A DNA stretch of 64,000 nt from an uncultured Oscillospiraceae bacterium (GTDB taxonomy: Bacteria; Bacillota; Clostridia; Christensenellales; CAG-138), in assembly GCA_964447605.1 (NCBI GenBank), contig CAYUTA010000002.1, forward strand, positions 15,146-79,145, given 5' to 3'. The notes beneath the pieces were generated by a model. It was not told the origin of the DNA and searched no databases. It saw only the letters and a list, made by a program, of their open reading frames with translations. How positions within the stretch are numbered: position 1 is the first letter of the stretch; each line of letters opens with the position of its first letter. A program made the translations under genes and the position numbers. Below, in pieces: positions 47,814-57,319 of the stretch.

Positions 47814-49171
47814 AGTGCGCGGGCGAGTTGCTTTCCGGCGCCGACGCGGCCGTGCAAGCCAGAAAGGCTTCCAATTCAAAAACCGGTCGGACGGTCGGCG
47901 TCGTGTCCCTCGGTTGTGCGAAAAACCTTGTGGATACCGAGCGGATGCTCGGTTTGTTGAGCGACGCGGGCTTTTCTATCGTAAACCAACCGCAGGACGC
48001 GGATATCCTTGTGGTCAACACCTGCGGGTTCATCGAGTCCGCCAAGCAGGAATCCATCGATACCATTCTCGAGATGGCGCAGTATAAGCGGCGCGGCCGC
48101 TGCAAGACGCTCGTGGTCACGGGCTGTCTCAGTCAGCGTTACCGTAAGGAACTGGCCGAGGAGATGCCTGAAATCGATCTTTTGCTCGGCGTGCGTGATT
48201 ATGAAAAGCTTCCCGCGCTGCTTGGCGCTATCGACAGCCGCGGCAAAGCCCGCCGCATCCTCGCGACCCCGTCGTACAGCGCCTATCTGCGCATTGGCGA
48301 CGGCTGCAACAACCGTTGCGCGTATTGCGCCATTCCTCTGATCCGCGGCCCGCTTTCCAGCGTTGCGCAGGACGAGCTGTTTGACGAAGCGCTGCAATTG
48401 GCCGACCGGGGCGTGACGGAGCTGACGCTCATTGCGCAGGACACCTCCGGCTACGGCATGGACCGATACGGCGAGCCGCGTCTGGCAGGCCTGCTCAGCC
48501 GTCTTTGTGACATTGCCGCGCTGCATTGGATTCGCGTGCTTTATACCTATCCCGACACGGTCACGCCCGCGCTGATCGACTGCATCCGTACAACGGGTAA
48601 GGTTGTGCACTACCTGGACATGCCGCTGCAGCACATCAGCGACGGCGTGCTAAAGCGCATGAACCGGCGTGGCAGCGGCGCGCAGATCCGCGCACTGCTG
48701 AAATACCTGGCAAAAAATGCGCCGGACTTTATTTTGCGCACCACTATGATGGTGGGCTTCCCCGGGGAAACGGACCGTGATTTTGCGGAGCTGCTGGCGT
48801 TTTTAAGCCAATACCCGTTCGACCGCGTGGGCGCGTTTGCGTTTTCACCCGAGGAAGGGACAGCGGCGGCGGATCTGCCCGATCAGGTTGACGAAGCGGT
48901 AAAGCAGGCGCGTCTTAACGCTCTTTTGACGCAGCAGCAGGCCGTTTCCAGGCAGCGCGCCCTGCGGCGTATCGGGTCGGTTGCGGAACTGTTGGTTGAA
49001 GGCGGCGACGAGGCGCAGTTTTGGGGCCGCACCTATGCGGAAGCACCCGATGTGGACGGCCGTGTGTTCGTTCCCAAAACCGACGGCGCGCCCGAGCCCG
49101 CCGTCGGCTCATATGTACCCGTTCGGCTCGTCGGAGCGTTGGAATACGATATGATCGGAGAATGGTTATGA
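47810..49171 (+). CDS. rimO: Ribosomal protein S12 methylthiotransferase RimO
   Basis: UPF0004 N-domain VSLGCAKNLVDTE, radical-SAM CNNRCAYC, and a C-terminal TRAM-like domain. ATGA overlap with the ftsK stop. Confidence 0.88.
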   Translation: MKCAGELLSGADAAVQARKASNSKTGRTVGVVSLGCAKNLVDTERMLGLLSDAGFSIVNQPQDADILVVNTCGFIESAKQESIDTILEMAQYKRRGRCKTLVVTGCLSQRYRKELAEEMPEIDLLLGVRDYEKLPALLGAIDSRGKARRILATPSYSAYLRIGDGCNNRCAYCAIPLIRGPLSSVAQDELFDEALQLADRGVTELTLIAQDTSGYGMDRYGEPRLAGLLSRLCDIAALHWIRVLYTYPDTVTPALIDCIRTTGKVVHYLDMPLQHISDGVLKRMNRRGSGAQIRALLKYLAKNAPDFILRTTMMVGFPGETDRDFAELLAFLSQYPFDRVGAFAFSPEEGTAAADLPDQVDEAVKQARLNALLTQQQAVSRQRALRRIGSVAELLVEGGDEAQFWGRTYAEAPDVDGRVFVPKTDGAPEPAVGSYVPVRLVGALEYDMIGEWL

Positions 49172-49722
49172 AACATATCAATCTACCAAATCGCCTGACG
49201 CTTGTACGAATGCTGCTGGTTCCGCTGTTTATCGCGAGCTGTACCCTTCAGGCGTGGATTCCGTGGTGGGAAATTCTTGCCGCCGCCGTTTTCCTCATCG
49301 CCGCGCTGACGGATGTGGCGGACGGGCACATCGCAAGATCGCGCGGGCTGATCACCAACTTCGGCAAGCTCATGGACCCCATTGCGGACAAGCTGCTGTT
49401 TTGCTCCGCGTTCGTGATGCTCACCTGGTTAAACCGGCTTTCCCCCATCCTGTGCATCCTGTTTATCGGGCGCGAGTTCGTCATCTCCGGCTTCCGTCTC
49501 GTTACGGCGGCAAGCGGCTCCATCATAGCCGCGAGCAATCTTGGCAAAGCTAAGACGGTTCTGCAGGCCGTCGCAATCGTGGCCATGCTGCTCGACAACC
49601 CGGTGTTTGGCAATTGGGGCGTTCCGTTTGACGGCATCGTAACCGTTCTTGCCGCAGTGTTCACCGTCTGGTCTGCGGCGGACTATATCCGGAAGAACAG
49701 AAAGGCGGTAAGCTGGGAATGA
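49168..49722 (+). CDS. pgsA: CDP-diacylglycerol--glycerol-3-phosphate 3-phosphatidyltransferase
   Basis: CDP-alcohol phosphotransferase motif DVADGHIARSRGLITNFGKLMDPIADK. The start overlaps the rimO stop (49162 is also possible). Confidence 0.88.
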   Translation: MKHINLPNRLTLVRMLLVPLFIASCTLQAWIPWWEILAAAVFLIAALTDVADGHIARSRGLITNFGKLMDPIADKLLFCSAFVMLTWLNRLSPILCILFIGREFVISGFRLVTAASGSIIAASNLGKAKTVLQAVAIVAMLLDNPVFGNWGVPFDGIVTVLAAVFTVWSAADYIRKNRKAVSWE

Positions 49723-50966
49723 TTGCTGAAATCGTATCCGTCGGCACGGAGTTGCTTATGGGGCAGGTGGTCAATACCGACGCGCAGTTCATTGCGCAGC
49801 GGCTCGCCCCGCTTGGATACCAGGTGTTTTACCACATCACCGTGGGCGACAATGCGCGGCGCTTAACCGGCGTTGTTCACCGCGCCATCGAACGCTCGGA
49901 CGTGGTTGTGTTCACCGGCGGCCTGGGGCCGACCGACGACGACCTGACGAAAGAAACCGTGGCCGCGGCGCTGGGGCTGACGTGTGAACCGTTTCCCGAG
50001 GAGGTTGAGCGGCTCACGCGCTTTTTTGCCGAGCGTGGCTACGAAATGACGCCCAATAATCTCAAGCAGGCATGCTTCCCAAAGGGCTCCGTCATTCTGC
50101 CCAATCGAAACGGCACCGCCCCCGGCTGCATCATGCGGGCGGCGGACAAAACGGCCATCCTGCTGCCGGGGCCTCCGCGTGAGCTGTGCCCCATGTTTGA
50201 AAACTACGCCATGCCCTATCTTGAGAAGATGAGCAACGCCAGCCTGTATTCGCGCGAGCTGCGTATCTTCGGCATGGGCGAGTCGGACGTGACCTACCGC
50301 ATTCGCGATATCATTGAAAACCAGACCAACCCGACCGTCGCGCCGTATGTCAAGCTATGCGAGGTCACGCTGCGCGTCACCGCCAAGTGCGCCGACCCTG
50401 CGGAGGGCGAGCGGATGGCCGCGGGCATGATTGGACAAATCCGCCAGCGGCTGGGCGACGTGGTGTATTCCGTTGACGGCGAACCCCTGCCTGCGCTCTG
50501 CGCGAGGCTGCTGACCGGGCGCGGCAAGACGCTGGCCGTAGCCGAAAGCTGTACGGGCGGACTCGTTGCGGGAGCGTGCGTGGACATTCCGGGCAGCTCA
50601 AGGTTCTTTCTCGAGGGCTGCGTGACATACTCCAACGACGCCAAGAAGCGGCGCCTCGGGGTTTCGCCGCAGACGCTTTCGGCTTACGGCGCGGTCAGCG
50701 AGCAGTGCGCGCGTGAGATGGCCGAAGGCATGCGGCGCTCCTCCGGCGCGGACTATGCGCTGGGCACCACGGGCATTGCCGGACCGGACGGCGGCACGGC
50801 GGAAAAGCCGGTCGGCACGGTATATGTCGCGCTTGCCTCACCCGAAGGCACGCGGGTGCAAAAGTTCCTGTTGCATGGGGACCGCGAGCGTATACGGTAC
50901 GCCGCAATGCTCAATGGATTCGATATTTTGCGCCGTCACCTCTGTACTTGTGCCGCGCATACATGA
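49719..50966 (+). CDS. cinA: CinA-family competence/damage-inducible protein (MoCF-binding domain plus PncC-like deamidase)
   Basis: MIAEIVSVGTELLMGQVVNTDA plus C-terminal LAVAESCTGGL. Confidence 0.9.
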   Translation: MIAEIVSVGTELLMGQVVNTDAQFIAQRLAPLGYQVFYHITVGDNARRLTGVVHRAIERSDVVVFTGGLGPTDDDLTKETVAAALGLTCEPFPEEVERLTRFFAERGYEMTPNNLKQACFPKGSVILPNRNGTAPGCIMRAADKTAILLPGPPRELCPMFENYAMPYLEKMSNASLYSRELRIFGMGESDVTYRIRDIIENQTNPTVAPYVKLCEVTLRVTAKCADPAEGERMAAGMIGQIRQRLGDVVYSVDGEPLPALCARLLTGRGKTLAVAESCTGGLVAGACVDIPGSSRFFLEGCVTYSNDAKKRRLGVSPQTLSAYGAVSEQCAREMAEGMRRSSGADYALGTTGIAGPDGGTAEKPVGTVYVALASPEGTRVQKFLLHGDRERIRYAAMLNGFDILRRHLCTCAAHT

Positions 50967-51135
50967 TATAATGTCCGCATAGTTCATTTTGCGCCTGCGG
51001 CGGCATCTGAGCCGCCCGCTCGTGATGCGGAGCTGCCGGGGCGGCGGAATGCGTCCATTTCTAGTTAGAAAAGGTTTTGAACGGGGAAACGGCAACAAAA
51101 GAGACCGGAATTTTTGAAGATGCGAGGATACCAAG

Positions 51136-52281
51136 ATGGTTGAAAAGGACAAGGCGCTGGAAATCGCGCTGGGGCAAATTGAAAAACAGTTCGGCAAGGG
51201 CGCGATTATGAAGCTTGGCGATGCGGCGGCGCGCGTGCAGGTCTCCGTCATCCCGACCGGCTGCCTGGAGTTGGACTACGCGCTGGGCGTAGGCGGGATT
51301 CCCCGCGGCAGAATCATCGAGATTTACGGCCCCGAATCGTCGGGTAAAACCACCATTGCGCTGCATGTGGTTGCGCAGGCGCAAAAGAGCGGCGGGACCG
51401 CCGCGTTCATCGACGCCGAGCATGCGCTTGACCCCGCCTATGCCGAGAATCTGGGCGTGCGGGTGGACGAACTGTACGTCAGCCAGCCGGATACCGGCGA
51501 GCAGGCGCTCGAGATTACCGAAGCGCTCGTACGCAGCGGCGCAATCGACGTAATTGTGGTCGACTCCGTCGCCGCGCTCGTGCCAAAGGCCGAAATCGAG
51601 GGCGACATGGGCGATTCCCACGTGGGCCTTCAGGCAAGGCTGATGTCGCAGGCGCTGCGCAAGCTGGCCGGCGCGATCAGCAAATCCAATACGGTCGTCA
51701 TCTTTATCAACCAGCTGCGCGAGAAGGTCGGCGTTATGTTCGGCAATCCCGAGACGACGACCGGCGGCAAGGCGCTCAAATTTTACGCCACCATCCGACT
51801 CGATGTGCGCCGTATCGACGCGCTGAAGGACGGCACGAACATCGTCGGCAACCGCACACGCGTCAAGGTGGTTAAAAATAAGGTTGCCCCGCCGTTTAAG
51901 ACCGCTGAGTTCGATATGATCTACGGCGAGGGCATCTCGCGCGAGGGCTCGCTGCTCGACATGGCGGTCAACCGCAAGATCGTGCAGAAATCCGGCGCGT
52001 GGTTTGCTTATGGAGACATCCGTCTCGGACAGGGCCGCGAAAACACGCGCCAGTTCCTCAAGGACAACCCGGAATTGACCAATGAGATCGAGACCAGGCT
52101 GCGTGCGGTGTTTGAAGAAGAGCGCAAGCAGGCCGCTGCGGCGGCGGAAGCCAAGCGCGCCGCCATGCGTCCCGAAGCCGCGCCTTCACCCGCTGCCGCT
52201 CCGCAAAGCGCGCCCGCCAAGGCTGCGTCTGCACGCGCCTCGGCGCCCCGCGAGCTGCCGCCGCTGCCGGACGCAAAATGA
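51136..52281 (+). CDS. recA: Recombinase RecA
   Basis: [22 protein letters not shown] and GPESSGKTT Walker A. Ala/Pro-rich C-terminal tail. Confidence 0.97.
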   Translation: MVEKDKALEIALGQIEKQFGKGAIMKLGDAAARVQVSVIPTGCLELDYALGVGGIPRGRIIEIYGPESSGKTTIALHVVAQAQKSGGTAAFIDAEHALDPAYAENLGVRVDELYVSQPDTGEQALEITEALVRSGAIDVIVVDSVAALVPKAEIEGDMGDSHVGLQARLMSQALRKLAGAISKSNTVVIFINQLREKVGVMFGNPETTTGGKALKFYATIRLDVRRIDALKDGTNIVGNRTRVKVVKNKVAPPFKTAEFDMIYGEGISREGSLLDMAVNRKIVQKSGAWFAYGDIRLGQGRENTRQFLKDNPELTNEIETRLRAVFEEERKQAAAAAEAKRAAMRPEAAPSPAAAPQSAPAKAASARASAPRELPPLPDAK

Positions 52282-52313
52282 TGCGGCGGCTTTGTTTTGC
52301 CGCACTTTTATTC
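52282..52313 (+). terminator. Probable recA terminator
   Basis: TGCGGC, an 11-nt loop, GCCGCA, followed by CTTTTATT. Confidence 0.55.
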
Positions 52314-52537
52314 AACCGTAAAAGCATGGTTTCGTTTGTCGGGGCAATTCCCTGCTTTCAGGAGAGGCCGCCTATGCGGGGCTCATCCGGGATTCGGCGG
52401 AATTCCGTTTGCCGGCGGACGGTTGTTTTCAATTGCATTTCGACTGTACAACAGACGGCTATTCAACGCGCCGCCTGACCGGGAAACCGGATCTCGCTAC
52501 AAAAAACACTTTAAACACTTTGGAAGAGGACGTGCAA

Positions 52538-53419
52538 ATGACCGCAAAACTATCGGAACTCTCGCGCAAGACCATTTTGAAAATGCAGCAGAACGAAGTG
52601 ACCGAATGGGCCACCTACCGCGCGCTGGCGAGCCGCGAAAAGAGCGCGCACAATAAGGCCGTCCTCATACGCCTTTCCGATGAGGAGCTTGCGCATGCAA
52701 AGATCTGGCAGAATTATACCGGACAGGCGCTCAGGCCGGAGCGGCTCAAGGTGTTCTGGCGGCGGATAATCGCGCTTTTGATGGGTTTTACGTTCACCAT
52801 TAAGCGCATGGAGAAGGGCGAGAGCACCGCGGGGGACATCTACCGCGCCCTTTCTGATGAGGTGCCGGAGAGCATGACGATTGCCGAGCAGGAGGATGCG
52901 CACGAGCAGGCGCTCATCGGCATGCTCGATGAGGAACGGTTGCAGTATGTAGGCTCCATGGTGCTCGGCCTCAACGATGCGCTGGTGGAGCTGACCGGCG
53001 CGCTGGCCGGCATTACGTTTGCGTTGCAGAACACGCGGCTGGTCGCGTTGTCCGGCCTGATTACGGGAATCTCCGCAACGCTTTCCATGGCCAGTTCGGA
53101 ATTCCTCTCCGCAAAAAGCGACGGCGACCCGAACGCGTTTAAATCCTGCACGTATACCGGCATTGCATACCTGGTCACCGTGGCGCTGCTTGTGTTGCCC
53201 TATCTGCTGTTTTCCAATGAGAACTATCTGTGGGCGCTGATTACGATGCTCGTCATCGTGGTATGCATCATTGCGTTTTTCAGCTATTATATTGCCGTTG
53301 CCAAGGACTTGTCCTTCAAAAAGCGGTTCCTGGAAATGTTCTGCATCAGCCTGGGCGTGGCGGTGTTCGCATTCTTTGTCGGCCTGCTGGCCAAAGAGCT
53401 GCTCGGCGTAGACCTGTAA
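52538..53419 (+). CDS. VIT1/CCC1-family iron/manganese transporter with an N-terminal ferritin-like domain
   Basis: The N-terminus (EWATYRALA...EELAHAKIW...EQEDAHEQAL) is ferritin-like. The C-terminus has 5 TM segments including GLNDALVELTGALAG. ATG 52538 follows RBS GGAAGAGGA. Confidence 0.85.
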   Translation: MTAKLSELSRKTILKMQQNEVTEWATYRALASREKSAHNKAVLIRLSDEELAHAKIWQNYTGQALRPERLKVFWRRIIALLMGFTFTIKRMEKGESTAGDIYRALSDEVPESMTIAEQEDAHEQALIGMLDEERLQYVGSMVLGLNDALVELTGALAGITFALQNTRLVALSGLITGISATLSMASSEFLSAKSDGDPNAFKSCTYTGIAYLVTVALLVLPYLLFSNENYLWALITMLVIVVCIIAFFSYYIAVAKDLSFKKRFLEMFCISLGVAVFAFFVGLLAKELLGVDL

Positions 53420-53704
53420 TGCGCGTTTTTCCGCGAACGGTCCGCATAACGGTCGGTTAACCCGCTTATGCAGATAAGGACCATGACGGCCGCGCGCCAT
53501 GGCGCAAATTTTGCACGCGGCCTCGGCCTCGGGAACGGCTGCGCCGTTTGTCGGGTTTGCCGCATGCAGCGCGTCAGATCACACCGCACATGTCGCTGAT
53601 TTTGATGGATTGCCCGGTTGATCCTGCTTTTTTCGTCAGGGGATTGGCGGAGCAATCCCGTTGACGCCTTTTTTATCCGGCGGATTGGCCGCGCGGCGGG
53701 CGCG

Positions 53705-54811
53705 TCAGGCGTTGTCCCGGCACCAGCTGTCAATCGCGCCGGCGATGCGCTCCATGTCCTCAATTCCATATCTCTGGTCGCAGATAACCGAAAGCTCCTG
53801 CGCATACAGCGTCCGCATAGCGGGGTCCGCGGGATGCGCCTCGCTCAACGGCCAATGGCGCGGGCAATAGATGCGCTGCTCAATGAGCGCCCGGCACAGC
53901 ATGTCGCGCTTTTCCGGGCGCACCACAAGCGGCAGGTACAGCGGGCAATCGCCGTCCTGCAACGCGTCGTACAGCAGCGCAAACGGCGCATTTTGGATGT
54001 GCTTGAGCCGCAGCAGCAGGTGCGTTGCGTTTTGGCGGCGTTTCTCAATCAGCCTGTCCGCATTCAGCCTTTGGAACGCGTCTACAGAAGCCGCTTCGGC
54101 CGCATAACCGCTGTTTTCCTCCTCCAGCAACGCTTCCGCCTCGCGATAAAGCGAGAGAAACCGCGCCTTGTCACCCATGCAGCCGCTTTCAATAAACGCG
54201 GTCTTGAAGCGCATGGCCTGGGTCCGCAGCGCAAGATAACGCGCGTGCGTTCTTTCGCAATCAATGCGCATAGGCGGCAGCAGGCGGCTTTGCAGCGCCG
54301 TGTAATTGGTATAAAACCATTTGCGGTAGCTGGTGAACGTGTAATCGGCAAGCGCTTCCATGGCGCCGGTGTCCGAAAACGCCATCTGGGTTCGGTCATA
54401 CAGCAGAATCTGTCCGCGCCGCTTGCATTGCCGCGCCTGCGACAGCATGCGCGAATCTGAAAATCCAAAGTACTCCGGCAGATAAACGACGTCGCAGCCT
54501 TCCACGGCTGAAAAGTCAAAATGCAACGCCTTGTCAAACGATACGTTATAGAAACGGATTTCTATCCCCGGCCGCAGGAACGGCTGAATCATCGTGTGGC
54601 AGCAGTAGGAAGGCAGGCAGATGTGAAAGCCGCCAAGGCGCATGAGCAGATCCTGCGCAATCGCATTAAGGGCGGTACGCCCGGAAAGGACGGCCCGCTT
54701 CTCCCCGCAGCAATCCGCGCGGCAGCGGTCTGTGCGCCCGTCCGTCTTTTCTGATATATACAGCGTGTCGTCCCACCAGAATTCTCCGCCAATTTCTGAA
54801 AGGAGGGCCAT
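53705..54811 (-). CDS. PLP-dependent aminotransferase-like protein (DegT/DnrJ/EryC1-type fold); tentative
   Basis: LSGRTALNAIAQDL and LPSYCCHTMIQPF resemble the DegT N-terminal blocks. FTSYRKWF is a possible PLP-lysine motif. I chose ATG 54811, which follows RBS GGAGG. Confidence 0.45.
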   Translation of the reverse strand: MALLSEIGGEFWWDDTLYISEKTDGRTDRCRADCCGEKRAVLSGRTALNAIAQDLLMRLGGFHICLPSYCCHTMIQPFLRPGIEIRFYNVSFDKALHFDFSAVEGCDVVYLPEYFGFSDSRMLSQARQCKRRGQILLYDRTQMAFSDTGAMEALADYTFTSYRKWFYTNYTALQSRLLPPMRIDCERTHARYLALRTQAMRFKTAFIESGCMGDKARFLSLYREAEALLEEENSGYAAEAASVDAFQRLNADRLIEKRRQNATHLLLRLKHIQNAPFALLYDALQDGDCPLYLPLVVRPEKRDMLCRALIEQRIYCPRHWPLSEAHPADPAMRTLYAQELSVICDQRYGIEDMERIAGAIDSWCRDNA

Positions 54812-54993
54812 TTCCCTTTGCCTCCAAACCAAAGCATTATCCGTTTAACCGGGTGTCGGCGCCCGCCCGCTCGGCATATGACAATGGGCCGTAACTGAAA
54901 CAGCCCTCCCCCGCCGGCCCGCCTTTGCGCTGACCGCCGCTTTTTGATTGTATTACTTTACCACAGCGGCGCATAAGAAACAATCGCACGGTC

Positions 54994-55027
54994 AAAAAAA
55001 GGCCGCCGGACTGGTCTGCCCGCGGCC
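54994..55027 (-). terminator. Rho-independent terminator downstream of the 90-aa hypothetical gene
   Basis: Minus strand reads GGCCGC, a 15-nt loop, GCGGCC, followed by TTTTTTT. Confidence 0.7.
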
Positions 55028-55206
55028 CGCGCATATCAATTTTTGAATGATGCATACGGTTATCGATTCTGACCATCGGACTCAACGACTGGGTGCACGC
55101 CCGCTCTATCAATTAAAAGATTAACCGCCGCACGCGCCTGTTTGCCGATTGAAAAACGGCCGTTTGCCATAGGGCCCGCCCTTATCGCAAAGCCGCCGCT
55201 TCAGAA

Positions 55207-55479
55207 TCACATTTTATGAAAGGGCCTGCTTAACTGCGCGTATAACTGCGCCTTTACATCGGCGGTGGTTTGACACGAATAATCCTTACCGGTAATATAG
55301 CCGGCCGCGCTGCGCCACTGCTCTATCGAATAGGTTTCATCCGCAATTCCGCCGACCACCCGGAGCAGGGCTTCCGCCCACAGCGGCTCGTGAAGATTGG
55401 AAAGATATGGACACCCGACTTCCTGTTGCAGTGTGTCGAGCAGATCGCCTTCCCTTGCAGATTTCCGTTCAGCGTCCAT
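55207..55479 (-). CDS. Hypothetical 90-aa protein
   Basis: ATG 55479 lies 6 nt after RBS AGGAGAGG. The longer ORF-track version (to 55737) reads through the AT-rich repeats and is implausible. No family recognised. Confidence 0.45.
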   Translation of the reverse strand: MDAERKSAREGDLLDTLQQEVGCPYLSNLHEPLWAEALLRVVGGIADETYSIEQWRSAAGYITGKDYSCQTTADVKAQLYAQLSRPFHKM

Positions 55480-55505
55480 TCCGCACCTCTCCTGTATTCT
55501 GGCGA

Positions 55506-55526
55506 ATAAAGCAGACTTTGTCGACC
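55506..55526 (+). repeat. 21-nt repeat, copy 1 (ATAAAGCAGACTTTGTCGACC)
   Basis: Identical to 55558-55578. Followed after 8 nt by TATAAT (55535-55540). Confidence 0.9.
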
Positions 55527-55557
55527 GAAGCATGTATAATACAAACAGATTTGGTTT

Positions 55558-55578
55558 ATAAAGCAGACTTTGTCGACC
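55558..55578 (+). repeat. 21-nt repeat, copy 2 (ATAAAGCAGACTTTGTCGACC)
   Basis: Perfect copy 52 nt downstream of copy 1. Followed after 8 nt by TATAAT (55587-55592). Confidence 0.9.
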
Positions 55579-55709
55579 ACTTCTAATATAATATCCTACA
55601 GACGTTAATTTGGGGATATTGGGCTGAAGCCACAAAAAAGAATCGGAAAATAAGCAGCCGTATCGCATTTTTACATGAAATTTTGATGCAAAAACTGCAA
55701 TTTTTCGTT

Positions 55710-55723
55710 GGTCGACAAAGTCT
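55710..55723 (-). repeat. Inverted partial copy of the repeat (GGTCGACAAAGTCT)
   Basis: Perfect 14-nt reverse complement of AGACTTTGTCGACC. A T8 run (55737-55744) follows 13 nt downstream. Confidence 0.85.
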
Positions 55724-55917
55724 ACCTTATTTACCATTTTTTTTATAAATTCTTATCGGGGTGCACAGCGTCGGAATTCGTTCAAGCCGTATCCCGTTTG
55801 CCCTGGGCAGCAGGCGGGCGCAGGGTCCAGCGTCCGTCCAAAACAATTCATCCGCGCGCGGCTTGCGCTGCATGCCGGTTTTCCAGCGCAACGCCCGCCT
55901 TTAAGGACGGCGGCGCG

Positions 55918-55927
55918 CCCCCCCCCC
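55918..55927 (+). repeat. C10 homopolymer tract in the intergenic region
   Basis: Ten consecutive C residues, counted directly from the sequence. Confidence 0.9.
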
Positions 55928-55968
55928 GCCTCAAACAACAAAAGGCCGCCCACAATTTATCCGCAGGG

Positions 55969-56001
55969 CAAACGCATGAACATACAATTTACATGCGTTT
56001 G
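55969..56001. promoter_or_regulatory. Perfect 10-bp inverted repeat just upstream of the atp promoter (operator or hairpin)
   Basis: CAAACGCATG, 13 nt, CATGCGTTTG. It ends 14 nt before the -35 element. Confidence 0.45.
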
Positions 56002-56014
56002 TCGTGATTTGCCC

Positions 56015-56043
56015 GGTATTCTGCTTGCCGCAGCTGGATTTCA
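56015..56043 (+). promoter_or_regulatory. Sigma-A promoter of the atp operon
   Basis: TTGCCG, a 17-nt spacer, TATAAT, about 65 nt upstream of the atpI-like GTG. Confidence 0.7.
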
Positions 56044-56108
56044 GTGATATAATATACAATCGCCTGAGCGGCTGTCATCCGTTTTTGGCTGGAAAGGAGC
56101 GTACCCTG

Positions 56109-56405
56109 GTGGGCTTGCTTGTCGTAGGAATCGGCGCCGCCGCAGGCGCGGGCGCATATGTTTTATTATCGTTTGCCACAGGCGCCATTTTGCGCGGCGA
56201 CGCTGCGCGCGCAACGCTGCCCATGTTGGCCAATATCGCCGTTCTCTTCGCCGCGCTGCTCGGTACGGCGCTGCTGGCCAAGCCATATATCGTCTGGATG
56301 GGCGCCGGGCTTGCCGCCGGATTGATTTTAAGCGCCGCAATACGGTTGCTCGCCAACCTGCGCGGGGGAAAGAACGGCGGCGGAAAAGGAAAGGGAAAGC
56401 AATGA
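56109..56405 (+). CDS. Small membrane protein, AtpI/AtpZ-like, in the first position of the atp operon
   Basis: GTG 56109 follows RBS AAAGGAGC. Hydrophobic helices are followed by a basic GGKNGGGKGKGK tail. The assignment rests on position and topology only. Confidence 0.5.
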   Translation: MGLLVVGIGAAAGAGAYVLLSFATGAILRGDAARATLPMLANIAVLFAALLGTALLAKPYIVWMGAGLAAGLILSAAIRLLANLRGGKNGGGKGKGKQ

Positions 56406-57307
56406 ATCTGAAAACCTGCCTGTTTGCGGCGCTCGGCACGCTGATGATCCTTGCCGGAGCCGTTCTGCGCAAACGCGCCGGCCGGCTTTCTCCATTGCCC
56501 GAGGATGCGCCGGAAAAGGTGCGGCGGGCGTACCGCTGGCGCAAACGCCTGCCGGCCATCCTGTTCTGGGCTGGCGTGTGGCTGGCCGTATCCGAAGCAA
56601 TTACGCTGATTTTCGGACCGGCGCAGGCGTCGTTCGAAGTTTCCATCTTCGCCCCGGTCACCAGCCTGTTTGGGCTGACGTTCAGCAACACGGTCATAAC
56701 GGGCTGGATTCTGGTTGCCGTTCTTGCGCTTCTGGCGGTATGGTTCCGGTTGATCGTGTTCCCGCGCTTTTCCAACCGGCCGACAGGATTTCAAAATGCA
56801 ATCGAGCTTGCCGTAGAGCAGCTTTCCAAGTACTGCGAAGGACGGCTGAGCAGGCCCCTTGGCGAAAACCTTTCCGCATACATGTTTGCGGTGGCCGTCT
56901 ACATGGTTGGCGCGGCGGCGGTGGAATTGTTTGGCCGGCGAGCGCCGACAAGCGACGTCACCATGACGTTCGCCCTGGCGCTGATCACTTTTTTACTGAT
57001 CAATTTTTACGGCCTCCGGCTTAAGGGCATCGGAGGACGCATTCGGGCGATGGCGCAGCCTACGCCGGTGATTCTGCCCATCAATATCCTTTCCAGCGTG
57101 GCCGTACCCGTCTCGCTTGCCTGCCGTCTGTTCGGCAACATGCTCGGCGGTATGATCGTCATGGAACTGCTCTATTATGCGCTTGGAAACTTTGCCTTCG
57201 GCGCGCCCGCGCTGCTGGGGCTTTACTTCAACGTGTTCCATCCGCTGATTCAGGCGTTTATCTTCATCACACTGTCGTTGACGTTTATTAACGAAGCGAT
57301 CGAATAA
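56402..57307 (+). CDS. atpB: F0F1 ATP synthase subunit a
   Basis: ACRLFGNMLGGMIVMELL contains the essential Arg. At 301 aa it is unusually long, owing to an N-terminal extension. Confidence 0.9.
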   Translation: MNLKTCLFAALGTLMILAGAVLRKRAGRLSPLPEDAPEKVRRAYRWRKRLPAILFWAGVWLAVSEAITLIFGPAQASFEVSIFAPVTSLFGLTFSNTVITGWILVAVLALLAVWFRLIVFPRFSNRPTGFQNAIELAVEQLSKYCEGRLSRPLGENLSAYMFAVAVYMVGAAAVELFGRRAPTSDVTMTFALALITFLLINFYGLRLKGIGGRIRAMAQPTPVILPINILSSVAVPVSLACRLFGNMLGGMIVMELLYYALGNFAFGAPALLGLYFNVFHPLIQAFIFITLSLTFINEAIE

Positions 57308-57319
57308 GGGAGGAAAAAG

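Noticed and set aside
50967-51135. Looked for a LexA (Cheo-box, CGAAC-N4-GTTCG) operator upstream of recA
   Set aside because: Only a half-site-like GAACGGGGAAAC is present, with no palindromic partner. A TGATATAAT extended -10 at 50964-50972 may be the recA promoter, but I cannot support an SOS box.
52314-52537. Looked for a Mn2+ (yybP-ykoY) or other metal riboswitch upstream of the VIT1 transporter gene
   Set aside because: I found no GGGGAGUAG-type conserved core or four-way junction pattern. A covariance-model scan would be the decisive test.
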